Source of the DNA: an uncultured Nitrospiraceae bacterium
Lineage (GTDB): Bacteria > Nitrospirota > Thermodesulfovibrionia > Thermodesulfovibrionales > UBA6898
Reading direction: 5' to 3'
Length of the DNA: 64,000 nucleotides
Assembly (NCBI GenBank): GCA_963811165.1
Contig: CAWEQH010000010.1
Location: 672,001-736,000 of the forward strand
Each line of letters opens with the position of its first letter. The stretch's first letter is position 1. The position numbers and the translations under genes are program-made. This document shows positions 1 to 12,379 of the stretch, piece by piece. A model generated the notes under the pieces. The model did no database searches, was not told the origin of the DNA, and worked only from the letters and a program-made list of their open reading frames with translations.

Positions 1-1476
1 CATGAACCTCGAAAAAATGCCGACATTGCCAAACAGGGAGGGAAGCTCTATGAACCCCGCCAAAAGGGAGAGTACTGCAAGTATCACTGCAGGGACAGTC
101 ATCATCACGCCGGGTCTTTTGCCGACTTGGGACTTCGCTTCCCCGAAAAAAGTGATGAAGACCATCCGGAAGGTATAAAGAGACGTAATGAACGCCCCGA
201 GCACCCCTGCCATCCATAGCCAACGGTTCCCCAGAGGGGAAGCCAGCGAATAATAAAGGATAAGGTCTTTGCTGTAGAACCCCGCGGTAATAAAAGGAAG
301 CGCCGACAGCGAGCAGGCGCCGGCAAGGAAAGTCCAGAAGACAACCGGCAGCTGCGACCGAAGCCCCCCCATCTTAAACATGTCGTGCTCGTTGTCGAGG
401 CTGAGGATGACCATACCCGCTCCCAGAAAGAGAAGGGCCTTGAAAAAGGCATGAATCATAAAATGAAAGATAGCGGCGGACCAGGCCCCCACCCCGAGCG
501 CCAGAAACATATATCCTATCTGGCTTATCGTGGAATAGGCCAGCACCCGCTTGAGGTCCCGCTGGGTAAGCGCGCTCAACCCGGCGAGCAAAAGCGTAAG
601 GGCGCCTATGACCGCCACGGCAGTCTGCACTGCAGGGGCGAGGGTGAAAAGCAGATGGGTCCTTGCGATGAGATACACACCCGCCGTGACCATGGTTGCC
701 GCATGAATAAGGGCGCTCACCGGCGTAGGGCCTGCCATTGCATCAGGCAGCCATGTCTGAAGGGGAAGCTGCGCGGATTTTCCGAGGGCCCCTCCCAGCA
801 ATAACGCCGCCGCGGTAACGGCCATTGCCGAGCCCGTGCCCCAACGGCCCGCCGCCAGATACATCACCTCCTGGATCCGAAGGGTCCCCAGATTGGTAGC
901 AAGCAGGAAGAGGCCTATGCTCATTGCGGTATCGCCGACCCGTGTTACGACAAAGGCCTTCCTCGCTGCAAGGCCGTTTAGAGGGTCCTTATACCAAAAA
1001 CCGATGAGCAGATAGCTGCAGAGTCCGACCCCTTCCCATCCGAGGTAGAGAAACAGCAGATCATCAGCCAGCACCAGGGTGAGCATCGATCCGACAAAGA
1101 GGTTCATGTAGGCAAAGAACCTCCCATAGCCCTCCTCTCCTGCCATAAATTCCGCGGAATAAAGGTGAATAAGAAATCCTACCGACGTTACGACGAGCAC
1201 CATGACAAGCGATAATGCATCGAGGTAGAGGGAAAGTGAGGGAGAAAAACCGCCGACCGACATCCAGGTCCGGAGGTGCTGGACATATGAGTTGGCGGCA
1301 GGTGCAGAACCGATAAAGCCGATGCCGACGGTGACAGCCGCTACAAAGGAGAGCCCGACGGAACCCACGCCGACGACAGCGACCAGCGGGCGCGAAAGCA
1401 GGCGCCCCGCAATCACCAAAATAAGGAATCCTGCAAACGGCAGCGCCGGTATCACCCACAGGAGTTCCCGCATCAT
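1..1476 (-). CDS. nuoL: NADH-quinone oxidoreductase subunit L, 5' part; runs off the window start
   Basis: Not in the ORF track. Manual translation from ATG 1476 is open to base 1 and contains [51 protein letters not shown] and [10 protein letters not shown]. Overlaps the nuoK stop. Confidence 0.95.
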   Translation of the reverse strand, partial: MMRELLWVIPALPFAGFLILVIAGRLLSRPLVAVVGVGSVGLSFVAAVTVGIGFIGSAPAANSYVQHLRTWMSVGGFSPSLSLYLDALSLVMVLVVTSVGFLIHLYSAEFMAGEEGYGRFFAYMNLFVGSMLTLVLADDLLFLYLGWEGVGLCSYLLIGFWYKDPLNGLAARKAFVVTRVGDTAMSIGLFLLATNLGTLRIQEVMYLAAGRWGTGSAMAVTAAALLLGGALGKSAQLPLQTWLPDAMAGPTPVSALIHAATMVTAGVYLIARTHLLFTLAPAVQTAVAVIGALTLLLAGLSALTQRDLKRVLAYSTISQIGYMFLALGVGAWSAAIFHFMIHAFFKALLFLGAGMVILSLDNEHDMFKMGGLRSQLPVVFWTFLAGACSLSALPFITAGFYSKDLILYYSLASPLGNRWLWMAGVLGAFITSLYTFRMVFITFFGEAKSQVGKRPGVMMTVPAVILAVLSLLAGFIELPSLFGNVGIFSRFM

Positions 1477-1784
1477 CCCCTCATCCTGGCGGCAGAGTCG
1501 GTGTCGAGCGTCTTTAATTTATGGTACATCTGGAGCGCCAGCGCAAGACCTACGGATACTTCGGCCGCAGCCATCGCAAGTATAAAGATGAACATGACCT
1601 GCCCATCGGGCTCCGCCCATTGTGCGCCGGCCACGACAAAGGCGAGACCCGCAGCGTTTAACATTATCTCTATCGATAACAGGATAAAGATAATATTGCG
1701 CCGTACGAGGACCCCGATAAGCCCCAGCGCGAAAAGGACCGCAGCAAGGATAAGGCCGTGCTCCAGATATACCGTTGCCGTCAT
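1473..1784 (-). CDS. nuoK: NADH-quinone oxidoreductase subunit K
   Basis: [18 protein letters not shown] and [11 protein letters not shown] motifs; operon position. Confidence 0.97.
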   Translation of the reverse strand: MTATVYLEHGLILAAVLFALGLIGVLVRRNIIFILLSIEIMLNAAGLAFVVAGAQWAEPDGQVMFIFILAMAAAEVSVGLALALQMYHKLKTLDTDSAARMRG

Positions 1785-2299
1785 TGTCCGTCTCCTTTGT
1801 CTTTGTTGGAAGCGCTGCGCCTTCCTAAATGATAGGCCCCGACAAGTCCGGCCAGAAGGAGCATCGATGCCAGTTCTACCCCGATCAGGTAAGGCCCCAA
1901 AAGCGCGATGCCCACCTGCTTCGGGCCGACAACCACAGTTCCTCCAAGCCGGCCTGTAGCATAGTTAAGCCCGTAGATCAACTCCGCCAGCAGCACCAGT
2001 GCAAGAGTCCCTGGGCCGATCCATGCCCGAGGCGTGAGGAACTGTCTCTCTTTATCAGCGGCGTCTCCGCCTAAGTTTAAGAGCATGATCACGAAGACAA
2101 ACAAGACCATGATGGCCCCCGCGTAGATGATCACTTCCAGGGCCGCGACAAAAGGCGCACCTAAGACAAAAAAGACGAGCGATACCGCAAGCAGCGAAAC
2201 AATGAAATAGAGAAGCGCATGCACTGCGTTTGACCTCGTGATAGTCATGAAGGTGGATATGACTGCCACGGCGGCGGAAATATAGAAGACCGTATTCAT
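1781..2299 (-). CDS. nuoJ: NADH-quinone oxidoreductase subunit J
   Basis: [20 protein letters not shown] motif. Confidence 0.97.
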   Translation of the reverse strand: MNTVFYISAAVAVISTFMTITRSNAVHALLYFIVSLLAVSLVFFVLGAPFVAALEVIIYAGAIMVLFVFVIMLLNLGGDAADKERQFLTPRAWIGPGTLALVLLAELIYGLNYATGRLGGTVVVGPKQVGIALLGPYLIGVELASMLLLAGLVGAYHLGRRSASNKDKGDGQ

Positions 2300-2327
2300 A
2301 TCTTCACCCGGTTTGGACCATTCTTAA

Positions 2328-2843
2328 TCATGGCATCAAACCCCTCACGTCCACGGGGGGATCTTCGTTTTCGGCCCCGCCCTTGTCCTTGCCCTTTATC
2401 GCAAGGCCCGCTACCTTATAAAAATTATACTCATGATATTTCCCCGGCCCGCTGATAAGGAGGTCCTCCTTTTCGTATACGAGGTTTTGTCTGTCGAATT
2501 CGGACATCTCGAAGTCGGGGGTGAGCTGGATCGCATACGTCGGACAGGCCTCCTCACAGAACCCGCAGAATATGCAGCGTGAAAAGTTGATGCGGAAGAA
2601 TTCGGGGTAACGTCTGCCGTGTTCGTCCTCTTTGGCCTGTAAAGATATGCAATCCACCGGGCAGGCTACCGCGCAGAGATAACAGGCCACACAGCGTTCT
2701 TCCCCGTCAGGGTCGCGCGAAAGTATGATGCGCCCCCTCCATCTGGGGGGGATACCGGGTTTCTCCTCCGGATAAAGGATCGTCGCCCGCTTACGGAAGG
2801 CGTGGAGAAAAACAAGCCAGATCGTCTTAATGAGACTCAGCAT
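2328..2843 (-). CDS. nuoI: NADH-quinone oxidoreductase subunit I
   Basis: Two CxxCxxCxxxCP ferredoxin motifs; YPEEK...RWRG. Confidence 0.97.
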   Translation of the reverse strand: MLSLIKTIWLVFLHAFRKRATILYPEEKPGIPPRWRGRIILSRDPDGEERCVACYLCAVACPVDCISLQAKEDEHGRRYPEFFRINFSRCIFCGFCEEACPTYAIQLTPDFEMSEFDRQNLVYEKEDLLISGPGKYHEYNFYKVAGLAIKGKDKGGAENEDPPVDVRGLMP

Positions 2844-2852
2844 CCTCTCTCC

Positions 2853-3806
2853 TTATCGTAACGCAAGTAAAATACCTCCCGTGACCAGCAGGTTCAAAAG
2901 AGAAAGCGGCAGAAGCACCTTCCAGCCGTACGCCATAAGCTGGTCGTACCGCGGCCTGGGCAGAGACGCCCTAAGCAGAATAAAAAAACAGATGAATACA
3001 AATGTCTTTATAAGAAACCAGACGACCGGCGGCAGAAAAGGTCCGAGCCATCCCCCGAAAAAGAGCGTCACGATCATGGCCGAAACGAGCGTGATGCCTA
3101 TGTATTCGCCGACAAAGAACATCGCGAATTTCATTCCTGAGTATTCGGAATGAAAACCGGCCACCAGTTCGCTCTCCGCTTCGGGCAGGTCAAAAGGCAG
3201 GCGGTGCGTCTCGGCAATCCCGGCGATAAAAAAGACGACGAACCCGAGCAACTGCGGAATAAAAAACCACATGCCCCTCTGGGCCTCTACAATGCTACGG
3301 AGGTTGAACGACCCGGTGATCATCACCACACCCATAAGCGATAGTCCCATAAATACTTCGTAACTGAGCATCTGAGCAGCGGCCCTCAACCCCCCAAGGA
3401 GCGAATACTTGCTTGCAGACGCCCAGCCGGCCAGTGTCACGCTATATACGCCAAGGGCCGACATCGCAAGAAAAAACAGCAGCCCTATGTTCAGGTCCGC
3501 CACCCCGATTGCAGGCGAGTAGGGGACGACCGCAAAGGGCATCAGGACCGTAACGATAATTACGGAAGGGGCGATGATGAATACGGCCTTATCGGCAAAG
3601 GGCGGTATCCAATCCTCCTTGGTGAAGACCTTCATCATATCGGCAACGACCTGAAGCAGACCGAAGGGGCCCACGCGGTTCGGGCCGTAACGGTCCTGCC
3701 AGAGGGCAAGCAATCTCCGCTCAAGCCATATCAGTCCCGAGGCGATAGTCATAACCACAGACAACACTGCCACAACAGTCACAAGCGGCAATATGATCTC
3801 TTTCAT
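2853..3806 (-). CDS. nuoH: NADH-quinone oxidoreductase subunit H
   Basis: [13 protein letters not shown] and [14 protein letters not shown] motifs. Confidence 0.97.
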   Translation of the reverse strand: MKEIILPLVTVVAVLSVVMTIASGLIWLERRLLALWQDRYGPNRVGPFGLLQVVADMMKVFTKEDWIPPFADKAVFIIAPSVIIVTVLMPFAVVPYSPAIGVADLNIGLLFFLAMSALGVYSVTLAGWASASKYSLLGGLRAAAQMLSYEVFMGLSLMGVVMITGSFNLRSIVEAQRGMWFFIPQLLGFVVFFIAGIAETHRLPFDLPEAESELVAGFHSEYSGMKFAMFFVGEYIGITLVSAMIVTLFFGGWLGPFLPPVVWFLIKTFVFICFFILLRASLPRPRYDQLMAYGWKVLLPLSLLNLLVTGGILLALR

Positions 3807-3807
3807 C

Positions 3808-6537
3808 TTATCCGCTTCCTTTCTTCACCGGGAAGATACGCGCTAAAGATGGCAGATCGATGCCGGTCAGTCCCGGCAGGCCTGAAGGTATCCCCGCAAC
3901 CCCGTCCGGCAAAGAAGAAACGATCCTCAGAGGCAATACGCGTCCAGCCCCCCGGCGAAGAGAGAGTTCCGCCTCATCATCTTCACCCAGGCCGAGCTTT
4001 GCCGCATCACCGGCATTAAGCGCCAGGTATGGCCGGAGTGAAAGCCTTGATATGCCCTCTGCGTGCAGACTGAGTTCTTCCGATCCGAATATATGATAAA
4101 GCGGTACCAGAAGCCACTCACCCTCACTCGGAGAAAAAAAGCCGGGCACGTCGTGAAAATAATTGCCGGCCGCGCCCTCCGGGGGTTCGATCAGGCGTTG
4201 TCCCGGGTCTTCGCCGATCAAAGGTCCTCCGACTTCCTGCTGGAACTTATTGACCGACTGCACGGAGTTCCATCCCGCGGCCCAGAAGCGCGGGATGAGC
4301 GCCGAAGGCGGTATCCCCTCATATCCTTCCATCGAAAAAGAGAAAGGAGAATCATCGTCACCCGGCGGTTTGGGTTCGTGCACGCTTATGTCGGCGGTCA
4401 GGGCGGTCCGACCGCTGTAGCGGTGCGGCTGCCGCGGAATTTTTTCGCCCGAAACGCGGAAGTCCGCCGGGGGAGCAGCATCCTTTACTCGCTCAAATAC
4501 GGGACAGGCGGCGGACAAAGCGGCGGTGATATCATCGATCCTCATCCACTCCCTCGCCTCCGGACGACCCGTCATCGAAAGCATGCTAAGCAGCCACCGC
4601 CAGCTTTCCATAACGTCCGGGTCGGGGACACGGACCGGAAAGAAGCGCTGGGCGCGGCCTTCGTTGTTCACAATGGTGCCACCGGACTCCGCGAAGGTGG
4701 AGGAAGAAAGGACGACCCCGGCACGTGAAGTAGTACTATTTTGCAGGTGATCGATCGCCATGACATGTGTACATTCGCCGAAAAACTTCTCTACGGACTC
4801 TTCGTCAAGGCGGCGAAAGAGGTCGTTTTCGAGGATTATGGCGGTGTCGGCCTTTCCCTCGTAAACCTTTGTCATAGCATCTTCGAGACTTCCGCCTTCC
4901 ATAAGGCCGGTCCCCAAGGTATTACATTCCTCCACGGTAAAACAGAGTCCCGAGGGCCGTCCTTCTTTGCAAAGTGCGGTGGCGATATTGGCGGAGGCCT
5001 GTATCACCGCCTTGCTTTTGCAGCCTGGACCCGAGACGATAAGCGGACGATCGGCGGACCTCAGGGCATCGGCAATCTCTGCAGCCAGGGCCCTAAGATC
5101 ATCCCGCAGGTCCGAAACCGAAGGGGAGTCCGCATTCAATTCATGGGCCACGGCAAATCCGAGCCTTGCGATGTCGTCCGGTGCAGCGCGGAATGCAAAA
5201 ACAGATACTTCCTCAAGTTTAGTCGCACAGGGAGATGCGATGAAGAACGGGCTTTTTTCACTTTGTATCGCCTCGCGCACCGCCGTATCGTTCCACTGAG
5301 GGATATGCATTTTTTTTGCGATCGCCATCGGCTTTTGACGTGCGGCCTGTCGAAGGGCGAGCGCGAGCATGGGAGAGGTGTTCGTGACATCTTCACCTAA
5401 GACAAACACAGCATCGGATTGTGCAACGTCGTGAAGCGAAGGAGAGCGGGCGGGACCCTTGCGGAGAATGTCTGCCATCATCGTAACGAGGTCCATATCT
5501 TTTTCCGATAGTCCACAGAAGAAGTGCTCGGGACCTACCAGCGCACGCAGTGTGAAGTTCGCCTCAAGCGACGCGCGCGGAGAGCCTATGCCGATCACCT
5601 TTGCGCCGAAATAGAGAAGTTTCAAAAGATGCCGAAGGGCTTCCTCTATTGTTACGTCGACGGCTTTGCTGCTTCCCTCATGCCTGATCCGGGGCTGCCT
5701 GATTCTTTCTTCGCTGTTTACGAACTCATAGCCGTAGCGTCCGCGGTCGCAGAGGAAATAGCCGTTGACCTCTCCGTTAAAGCGGTTCTGTATCCTCACT
5801 ATCTTTCCATGGCGTTCGCCCGGGATCGTATTACATCCGATCCCGCAATGCACACAGACAGACGGCGCGGTCTGCAGGTCCCATTTACGCGCATAATGTT
5901 TTTTCAGGGTCTTGTCCGTAAATACGCCGGTGGGGCAGACCTCCACCAGGTTGCCGCTGAATTCGTTCTGCAAAACGCCGTCGTCGTGCCTGCCGAAATA
6001 TACGTGGTTATGGGCCGCAAAGACGTGGAAATCACGGCCGCCGGCATAATCGCGGTAGAACCTTACGCAGCGGTAACACTGGATACACCGGTTCATCTCA
6101 TGGTTGACAAACGGGCCCAGGTACTGGTTCCGGTGCGTCCTTTTCCTGAAGCGGTTCCTTCGGTATGCATGTCCCGTCATCACGGTCATGTCCTGGAGAT
6201 GGCATTCGCCGCCCTCATCGCATACAGGGCAGTCATGCGGGTGGTTGAGCATCAGCCATTCGATCACGCTTGCCCGGAAGGCCCTCACTTCAGGGTCATC
6301 GATGGAGATGCGCGTGCCCTCGGCCGCCGGGGTCATGCAGGACATCACGATCTTTCCGCGCGTATCATTTTCGTCCTTGAACTGTTTCACCGCGCACTGC
6401 CTGCATGAGCCGACAGAATGCATTGCGGGGTGCCAGCAGAAATAGGGGATGTCGAACCCCAGGGAAAGACAGGCATGGAGGAGGTTGTCTCCGTCTTTCA
6501 CCGTATAAGGTTTATTGTCTATGTAGATCGTCGCCAT
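3808..6537 (-). CDS. nuoG: NADH-quinone oxidoreductase subunit G (long, 909 aa)
   Basis: [44 protein letters not shown]...C Fe-S motifs. Confidence 0.97.
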   Translation of the reverse strand: MATIYIDNKPYTVKDGDNLLHACLSLGFDIPYFCWHPAMHSVGSCRQCAVKQFKDENDTRGKIVMSCMTPAAEGTRISIDDPEVRAFRASVIEWLMLNHPHDCPVCDEGGECHLQDMTVMTGHAYRRNRFRKRTHRNQYLGPFVNHEMNRCIQCYRCVRFYRDYAGGRDFHVFAAHNHVYFGRHDDGVLQNEFSGNLVEVCPTGVFTDKTLKKHYARKWDLQTAPSVCVHCGIGCNTIPGERHGKIVRIQNRFNGEVNGYFLCDRGRYGYEFVNSEERIRQPRIRHEGSSKAVDVTIEEALRHLLKLLYFGAKVIGIGSPRASLEANFTLRALVGPEHFFCGLSEKDMDLVTMMADILRKGPARSPSLHDVAQSDAVFVLGEDVTNTSPMLALALRQAARQKPMAIAKKMHIPQWNDTAVREAIQSEKSPFFIASPCATKLEEVSVFAFRAAPDDIARLGFAVAHELNADSPSVSDLRDDLRALAAEIADALRSADRPLIVSGPGCKSKAVIQASANIATALCKEGRPSGLCFTVEECNTLGTGLMEGGSLEDAMTKVYEGKADTAIILENDLFRRLDEESVEKFFGECTHVMAIDHLQNSTTSRAGVVLSSSTFAESGGTIVNNEGRAQRFFPVRVPDPDVMESWRWLLSMLSMTGRPEAREWMRIDDITAALSAACPVFERVKDAAPPADFRVSGEKIPRQPHRYSGRTALTADISVHEPKPPGDDDSPFSFSMEGYEGIPPSALIPRFWAAGWNSVQSVNKFQQEVGGPLIGEDPGQRLIEPPEGAAGNYFHDVPGFFSPSEGEWLLVPLYHIFGSEELSLHAEGISRLSLRPYLALNAGDAAKLGLGEDDEAELSLRRGAGRVLPLRIVSSLPDGVAGIPSGLPGLTGIDLPSLARIFPVKKGSG

Positions 6538-6606
6538 ATTCAGTTGTCATTCATCCTAACAAACATTATCCACAAACATATGTTCTCCCCCCTGCTTCTT
6601 CTACGT

Positions 6607-7884
6607 TCATTTCCAGGGACACCTTTTTTCTCTTATATGTTTTTCGAAATCTTCCCTGAATATCTTCAAGGCACTCTGAAGCGGCTCGACCGCGCCAGGG
6701 GCAAAGGCGCAAAACGTGTTCCCCGGTCCGAGCAGACGGCATTGCTCCTCGAGGATATCGAGGTCTTCAGCCCTGCCCTCCCCTCTCTCAATCGCGCCTA
6801 AGAGGTTAGCAATCCACGGCAGTCCTTCACGGCAGGGCGTGCACCATCCGCAGGACTCCCGCGCAAAAAACAGTTCGAGATTATGCACCGCACCGACCGG
6901 GCAGGTCTTGTCGTCGATCACTATCATCGTCCCCGTGCCTAGCCTGCTTCCGGCCTTCTGGACCGAGGCATAATCCATCTTCACATCAAGATGTTCCTCT
7001 GTAAGAAATTCGGTGGATGCGCCGCCCGGAATGACGGCCCTGAACCGGAATCCCTCCTGCATGCCTCCTGCATACTCTTCAAGAAGCTCCCTGATCGTAA
7101 TACCCATCGGCAGTTCCCAGGCGCCGGGTCTCTTCACCCTTCCGCTCGCACCGTATAGCTTCGTGCCGCTGTCGGGGGAGAGGCTGAGAGCTTTGAACCA
7201 CTCGGGACCGTTATGTACGATATGCGGAATATTCGAAAGCGTCTCGACGTTGTTGACGACGGTCGGCTTTCCCCACAGCCCGCACACCTGGGGGAACGGC
7301 GGTTTTGCGCGCGGCACCGGCCGCTTCCCCTCGAGGGCGTTAAGGAGCGCCGTCTCCTCGCCGCATATGTAACGGCCCGCACTCGTATGAAGGTGCATCT
7401 CAAGACTATATTCTGAACCGAGGATGTCCTTGCCGAGATAGTTGTTTTCGTAGAGATCGGATATGGCCCTGGTGAGTATCTCCGCGGCCTTTCTGTATTC
7501 CCATCTCAGAAAAATATATGCCTCATCCGCCTGGATCGCGTAGGCGGCGAGGATCATCCCTTCGATCAGCTGATGCGGGTCCCCTTCAAGAAGCAGCCTG
7601 TCTTTAAAAGTACCCGGCTCCATCTCATCGGCATTTGCGATAAGATACTTCGGCCCCGGCACTCCGGCCCCCATCGGAACGAAACTCCATTTCTGCCCTG
7701 TAGGGAAACCGGCTCCGCCCCTGCCTCGAAGGTTCGAATCGGTGACCACCTTCTGAAGTTCCCCTGGAGACATCTCCCTGAGCGCCTTTCGCAGGGCCCG
7801 ATATCCTCCTGCGTCCTCATACCCTTTAAGATCCAGGGGCCCTCTTGCCTGATCTATATTTTTCGTAAGCGGTCTTTCAGACAC
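6607..7884 (-). CDS. nuoF: NADH-quinone oxidoreductase subunit F
   Basis: LRGRGGAGFPTG, NADEMEPGTFKDR, YICGEETAL, ESCGWCTPCREG. Confidence 0.97.
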   Translation of the reverse strand: MSERPLTKNIDQARGPLDLKGYEDAGGYRALRKALREMSPGELQKVVTDSNLRGRGGAGFPTGQKWSFVPMGAGVPGPKYLIANADEMEPGTFKDRLLLEGDPHQLIEGMILAAYAIQADEAYIFLRWEYRKAAEILTRAISDLYENNYLGKDILGSEYSLEMHLHTSAGRYICGEETALLNALEGKRPVPRAKPPFPQVCGLWGKPTVVNNVETLSNIPHIVHNGPEWFKALSLSPDSGTKLYGASGRVKRPGAWELPMGITIRELLEEYAGGMQEGFRFRAVIPGGASTEFLTEEHLDVKMDYASVQKAGSRLGTGTMIVIDDKTCPVGAVHNLELFFARESCGWCTPCREGLPWIANLLGAIERGEGRAEDLDILEEQCRLLGPGNTFCAFAPGAVEPLQSALKIFREDFEKHIREKRCPWK

Positions 7885-7888
7885 GTGC

Positions 7889-8350
7889 CTACCTGTATCC
7901 TTCGAGTATCCCGTCTATTTTTTCGGGGGTCAAGTCCAGAAAGAGCTCATCGTCGATCATCATCGCAGGCGCATGATCGCATGCGCCTAAACAGGACACC
8001 GGCAAAAGCGTGAACTGTCCGTCGGCGCTCGTTTCACCGGGCGTGATCCCGAGCCTCTTTTTTAAATGTTCGCGGAGAGTATCGTATCCCATGACCCAAC
8101 AGCTGATGCTGTCGCATATGAGGATAATATGTTTTCCGACAGGTCTTCGGAAAATAAAGCTGTAGAAGGTCGCGACAGCGTCCAGCTCCTCAGGAGTCAT
8201 CCCGAGCAGTACGGCTATCCCGCCGAGCTCATCCGAGACCCAGCCGCGGTGCCTCTGCACGATCTTCAGCGCCTCCACACATGCGGCCTGCTTATGCGTA
8301 AAGTGTTTAAGCTCTTCCTCTATCTCCCTTTTTTCTTCCTCAGTCAGCAC
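7889..8350 (-). CDS. nuoE: NADH-quinone oxidoreductase subunit E
   Basis: VATFY, CDSISC...CLGACD 2Fe-2S motif. Confidence 0.96.
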   Translation of the reverse strand: MLTEEEKREIEEELKHFTHKQAACVEALKIVQRHRGWVSDELGGIAVLLGMTPEELDAVATFYSFIFRRPVGKHIILICDSISCWVMGYDTLREHLKKRLGITPGETSADGQFTLLPVSCLGACDHAPAMMIDDELFLDLTPEKIDGILEGYR

Positions 8351-8405
8351 AGTCTATCTCCAGGTAACAAAACCCTTCCTCCCTTTAACGCCCCCGCCTT
8401 CGGCA

Positions 8406-8428
8406 CCCCCTCTTAAAATAAGAGGGGG
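8406..8428. repeat. Intra-operon palindrome (REP-like) between nuoCD and nuoE
   Basis: CCCCCTCTTA-AAA-TAAGAGGGGG. Confidence 0.5.
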
Positions 8429-8455
8429 AAGGGGGAGTTATGATTACTGCCTCCT

Positions 8456-10204
8456 TCACCTGTCCACATCCGCAAGCACAAAATCTATACTCCCAAGTAT
8501 CGCCAGCAAGTCCGGCACCATCAGGCCGCGGCTGATCATCGGGATCATCTGCAGGTGTGCAAAAGAAGGCGTGCGGATGCGGGTGCGATACGACATTGTA
8601 CTTCCGTCGCTGACAAGATAATATCCGTTATTTCCCTTCGTCGCCTCGATGCCGAAAAAGGCCTCTCCTTCGGGGACGACCGGTCCCCAGCTTACATTCA
8701 GAAAATGGGTAATGAGCGTCTCTATATCATGCATCGTCCTCTCCTTGCGGGGAGGCGTTGCCAGCGGATGTCCGGATTTATAAGGTCCTTCGGGCATATT
8801 CCTCAAGCACTGTCCGATAATCCGGAGGCTCTGACGTATCTCTTCGACACGCACGACCCCCCGATCGTAGCAATCGCCGTTATGCCCGGTCGGTATATCG
8901 AACTCAAACAGTTCATATCCGGAATAAGGCCTCTTCTTCCTGAAGTCCCATTCGAACCCGCAGGCCCTGAGGCCCGGGCCAGTGACCCCCCACTCTATCG
9001 CCTCTTGACGCGTGTAGCTGCCGATACCCTTTGTCCGGGCTTTAAAGATGGCGTTTTGCATCACGATCTTGTCATATTCAGCGAGTTTCGGGGGCAGGTA
9101 ATCGAGGAAATCGCGTACGAGACGGTCCCATCCCTTCGGCAGGTCCTGCGATACGCCGCCTATCCTAAACCAGCTCGGGTGCATACGGCCGCCGCATATC
9201 GCCTCGACCACGTCAAAGACCCTTTCGCGATCGGTGAACATATAAAATACCGGCGACAGCGCCCCGACGTCCTGGGCAAAAGTCCCGTACCAAACGAGAT
9301 GGCTGGCGATGCGGAAAAACTCAGCCATCATGACCCGTATTACCTTCGCCTTTTCCGGCACCTCAATCCCTGCGAGCTTCTCGACCGCCAGCACGTAGGG
9401 AAGATTGTTCATTACCCCGCCCAGATAATCTATACGGTCGGTGTATGGTATGAAGGTATGCCATGACTGCCGTTCCCCCATTTTTTCGGCTGCGCGGTGA
9501 TGATATCCGATGTCGAGCACCGAACCTACGATTTCCTCACCGTCGAGCTCCAGTATGATCCTGAGCAGTCCGTGGGTCCCGGGATGCTGAGGGCCCAGGT
9601 TTAAGAACATAAAATCAGTATCTTCATGTGTCCTCTTCATACCCCAATCCTCAGGGCGGAAGCGGAGCGCCCTTTGTTCTTCCTCCTCCTTTATTTCAGG
9701 CATGCGAAACGGACCCATCTCGGTCGCCCTGGCAGGATGTTCCTTTCTAAGCGGGTGACCCTCCCATGTCGGCGGCATCAATATCCGCCTCAGATGGGGA
9801 TGTCCATCGAAGGAGATGCCGAACATGTCCCATACCTCGCGCTCATACCAGTCGGCCGACGGCCATATACCTGTCACTGTGGGCAGGGAAGGATATTCGC
9901 CCTTTAACGCGACCTTCAGGCGAAGGTCCTCATTTCGTTCGTAAGAGAGGAGATGATATACCAATGTGAAATCACTATCGGGAAGTCCGCTTCGGTGCTG
10001 TCGCACCCTCTCATCGACCGCGGTGAGATCGTAAAGGGTCCTGTATGGATTTTCTATGGCGGTCTTAAGATACCGCAAGATATCTGAGGCCTTGTCCTTT
10101 GATATCCAGAGCGTCGGGATGAAATCGGCCGTTGTCTGCACAGCAACAACTGCATCGCCGAAACGGTTTTGCAACTCATCTACGACCGGCTTATTTGCAC
10201 CCAC
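8456..10204 (-). CDS. nuoCD: NADH-quinone oxidoreductase fused subunit C/D
   Basis: NuoC motif [12 protein letters not shown]...GHPLRK followed in frame by Nuo[13 protein letters not shown] and a C-terminal DFVLADVDR. Confidence 0.96.
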   Translation of the reverse strand: MGANKPVVDELQNRFGDAVVAVQTTADFIPTLWISKDKASDILRYLKTAIENPYRTLYDLTAVDERVRQHRSGLPDSDFTLVYHLLSYERNEDLRLKVALKGEYPSLPTVTGIWPSADWYEREVWDMFGISFDGHPHLRRILMPPTWEGHPLRKEHPARATEMGPFRMPEIKEEEEQRALRFRPEDWGMKRTHEDTDFMFLNLGPQHPGTHGLLRIILELDGEEIVGSVLDIGYHHRAAEKMGERQSWHTFIPYTDRIDYLGGVMNNLPYVLAVEKLAGIEVPEKAKVIRVMMAEFFRIASHLVWYGTFAQDVGALSPVFYMFTDRERVFDVVEAICGGRMHPSWFRIGGVSQDLPKGWDRLVRDFLDYLPPKLAEYDKIVMQNAIFKARTKGIGSYTRQEAIEWGVTGPGLRACGFEWDFRKKRPYSGYELFEFDIPTGHNGDCYDRGVVRVEEIRQSLRIIGQCLRNMPEGPYKSGHPLATPPRKERTMHDIETLITHFLNVSWGPVVPEGEAFFGIEATKGNNGYYLVSDGSTMSYRTRIRTPSFAHLQMIPMISRGLMVPDLLAILGSIDFVLADVDR

Positions 10205-10210
10205 GTCCGG

Positions 10211-10846
10211 TTACACCTCGTCGGGAGATCTCAGCAAGGTGGCGTTTTGTCTCCCCTCTCTCTTTAGGTCGCGCTGCGACAAACGCGGGGGACACTCTGT
10301 CGACTGCGGCCCCACGGCCCAGCTAAGCGGTCTTCTCTCTTTTCCGACATGCTCGCGAAGAAGAAGAAGCCCCTCCATAAAGGCATCCGGTCTCGGGGGA
10401 CAGCCCGGCACATACACGTCTACCGGCAGGAACTTATCGACCCCTTGCACAACACTGTAGATGTCATACATGCCCCCGGAATTCGCACAGGACCCCATCG
10501 ATATGACCCAGCGCGGCTCCATCATCTGCTCGTAGAGTTGTTTGATCACCGGCGCCATCTTGACAAATACAGTGCCGGCGATGATCATAAGGTCGGCCTC
10601 CCTAGGCGTACCCCTGAGCACCTCTGCGCCGAACCGGGCGATATCATATTTGCTCGTGAGGCTGGCGGCCATCTCCACATAACAACAGGATAGCCCGAAA
10701 TTAAAGGGCCAGATCGAGTTCTTCCTCGACCACGCAAGGAGGTCCTGGAGTCTGCTGAAGATCAGACTTCGAGAGACAGCCTCTTCTGCCGACCCCTTCG
10801 TCCACTTTGCCGGAGAATCACCAGGGTCCGTCAACGACCATTCCAT
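10211..10846 (-). CDS. nuoB: NADH-quinone oxidoreductase subunit B
   Basis: [28 protein letters not shown]. Confidence 0.97.
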   Translation of the reverse strand: MEWSLTDPGDSPAKWTKGSAEEAVSRSLIFSRLQDLLAWSRKNSIWPFNFGLSCCYVEMAASLTSKYDIARFGAEVLRGTPREADLMIIAGTVFVKMAPVIKQLYEQMMEPRWVISMGSCANSGGMYDIYSVVQGVDKFLPVDVYVPGCPPRPDAFMEGLLLLREHVGKERRPLSWAVGPQSTECPPRLSQRDLKREGRQNATLLRSPDEV

Positions 10847-10856
10847 ATGTATTGCC

Positions 10857-11261
10857 CTATCCCGTCCTTCCCGTTTTCCGTCTTTTTTCGACCCAGTCGA
10901 GGCCGCCTATCTTCCACAGGTATAAAAGCGCTGCAAGCAAGACGCCTATGAAAAAAAGTATTTCGATATACCCCGTCCATCCCGCCTCCCGAAGCGAAAC
11001 GGCCCACGCAAATATAAAGACCGCTTCAACGTCGAAGATCACGAAGAACATCGCAACGAGATAAAACTTGATGTCGAAGCGAACGCGCGCAGTCCCCGTA
11101 GAAGCTACGCCCGACTCATACGGCAGATCAGTGGCCCTCTCCCTATGGCGCTGCCCGAGGAAATAGGAAATCCCGATCATCGCAATAGCAAGGGAAACAA
11201 CAGCCGCAAAATAGACAATAAGCGGCCATAAAGGGGCCCCATCTTTAACCGCTAAATCCAA
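10857..11261 (-). CDS. nuoA: NADH-quinone oxidoreductase subunit A
   Basis: PYESG and [17 protein letters not shown] motifs. Confidence 0.97.
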   Translation of the reverse strand: MDLAVKDGAPLWPLIVYFAAVVSLAIAMIGISYFLGQRHRERATDLPYESGVASTGTARVRFDIKFYLVAMFFVIFDVEAVFIFAWAVSLREAGWTGYIEILFFIGVLLAALLYLWKIGGLDWVEKRRKTGRTG

Positions 11262-11298
11262 TTATGTCTCTCCTTAAACATACCATTGCCTTTTTTCT

Positions 11299-11372
11299 GT
11301 CATTCCGGCTTCTCCGGAATCTTTCCGTGCGTGGTTGCCCTTCTTCGGGCGGCCACATGGGGCCGCCCCTAC
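11299..11372. repeat. Two REP-like hairpins between gnd and nuoA
   Basis: GTCATTCCGGCTTCTCCGGAATC and GGGCGGCCACATGGGGCCGCCCCTAC (GTAG-type end on the minus strand). Confidence 0.5.
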
Positions 11373-11382
11373 GGGACAGATT

Positions 11383-12330
11383 CTATTTGGCCTTCTTCTT
11401 TTTCATGCCGACTTTCTTAGATTCCCCTTTGACCGCATGACCGCCGAATTCGTTTCTGAGGGCTGCCAGTAGTTTGTCCGAAAAAGATTCCTCCTGCCTG
11501 GAGCGGAACCTGTTGAAAAGTGAAAGCGCAATCACCGGCGACGGCACTGCCGAATCGATTGCCTGTTGAACGGTCCATCGGCCTTCACCGGAATCCTCGA
11601 CGTACCCCTTAATCCCTGATAGGTCCGCATCTTTTCTGAAGGCGTCTTCTGCCAGCTCCAGAAGCCATGACCTGACAACAGAGCCCCTGTTCCAAAGGTG
11701 TGCCACGTCTGCCAGGCTGAGGCCTGCCGCATACTCAGAGGCATGAATGATCTCGAACCCTTCGCCGTATGCCGCCATCATGCCGTATTCGATGCCGTTA
11801 TGCACCATCTTGACGAAATGTCCCGCCCCGGTCGGACCGCAATAGAGGTACCCTTCTTTCGGAGCGAGCGTCTTAAGGATGGGTTCGATACGTCTAAACA
11901 TCCTCCTGTCGCCTCCGGCCATCAGGCAATAGCCCTCCTTAAGTCCCCATATACCGCCGCTGACGCCGATGTCCATATATTGGATCCCCGATTCCCGGAG
12001 CCTCCGGGCATGGCGGATATCGTCTTTATAAAAACTGTTCCCGCCGTCGATGAGAAGGTCCCCGGATGCAAGCAGGCCGTTTAGCCGGTCTATCGTGTCG
12101 TCAACCGGCTTTCCGGCGGGCACCATGATCCAGATTACCCGCGGAGGTTTAAGCGCTTTCACCAACTCTTCGAGCGAATAGGCAGGCCGGGCCTTCGCCT
12201 TCTTTGCTTCGGCTAACTTATCTACCGACTTATTGTACGCAACGACGCTGTGGCCGCCTTTAATCAGCCTCTTCGTCATGTTCATGCCCATTTTTCCAAG
12301 ACCTATCATTCCCACTTGCATATACTTCAC
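11383..12330 (-). CDS. gnd: 6-phosphogluconate dehydrogenase (decarboxylating, short GntZ/YqeC type)
   Basis: IGLGKMG, IDGGNS, GVSGG, GAGHFVKMVHNGIEY, DSGEGRW, LRNEFGGH. Confidence 0.93.
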   Translation of the reverse strand: MKYMQVGMIGLGKMGMNMTKRLIKGGHSVVAYNKSVDKLAEAKKAKARPAYSLEELVKALKPPRVIWIMVPAGKPVDDTIDRLNGLLASGDLLIDGGNSFYKDDIRHARRLRESGIQYMDIGVSGGIWGLKEGYCLMAGGDRRMFRRIEPILKTLAPKEGYLYCGPTGAGHFVKMVHNGIEYGMMAAYGEGFEIIHASEYAAGLSLADVAHLWNRGSVVRSWLLELAEDAFRKDADLSGIKGYVEDSGEGRWTVQQAIDSAVPSPVIALSLFNRFRSRQEESFSDKLLAALRNEFGGHAVKGESKKVGMKKKKAK

Positions 12331-12379
12331 CTCCTTAAAAGCATCGCGTAAAGGTCAGAAAATCCGCGTTGGAAAATAT

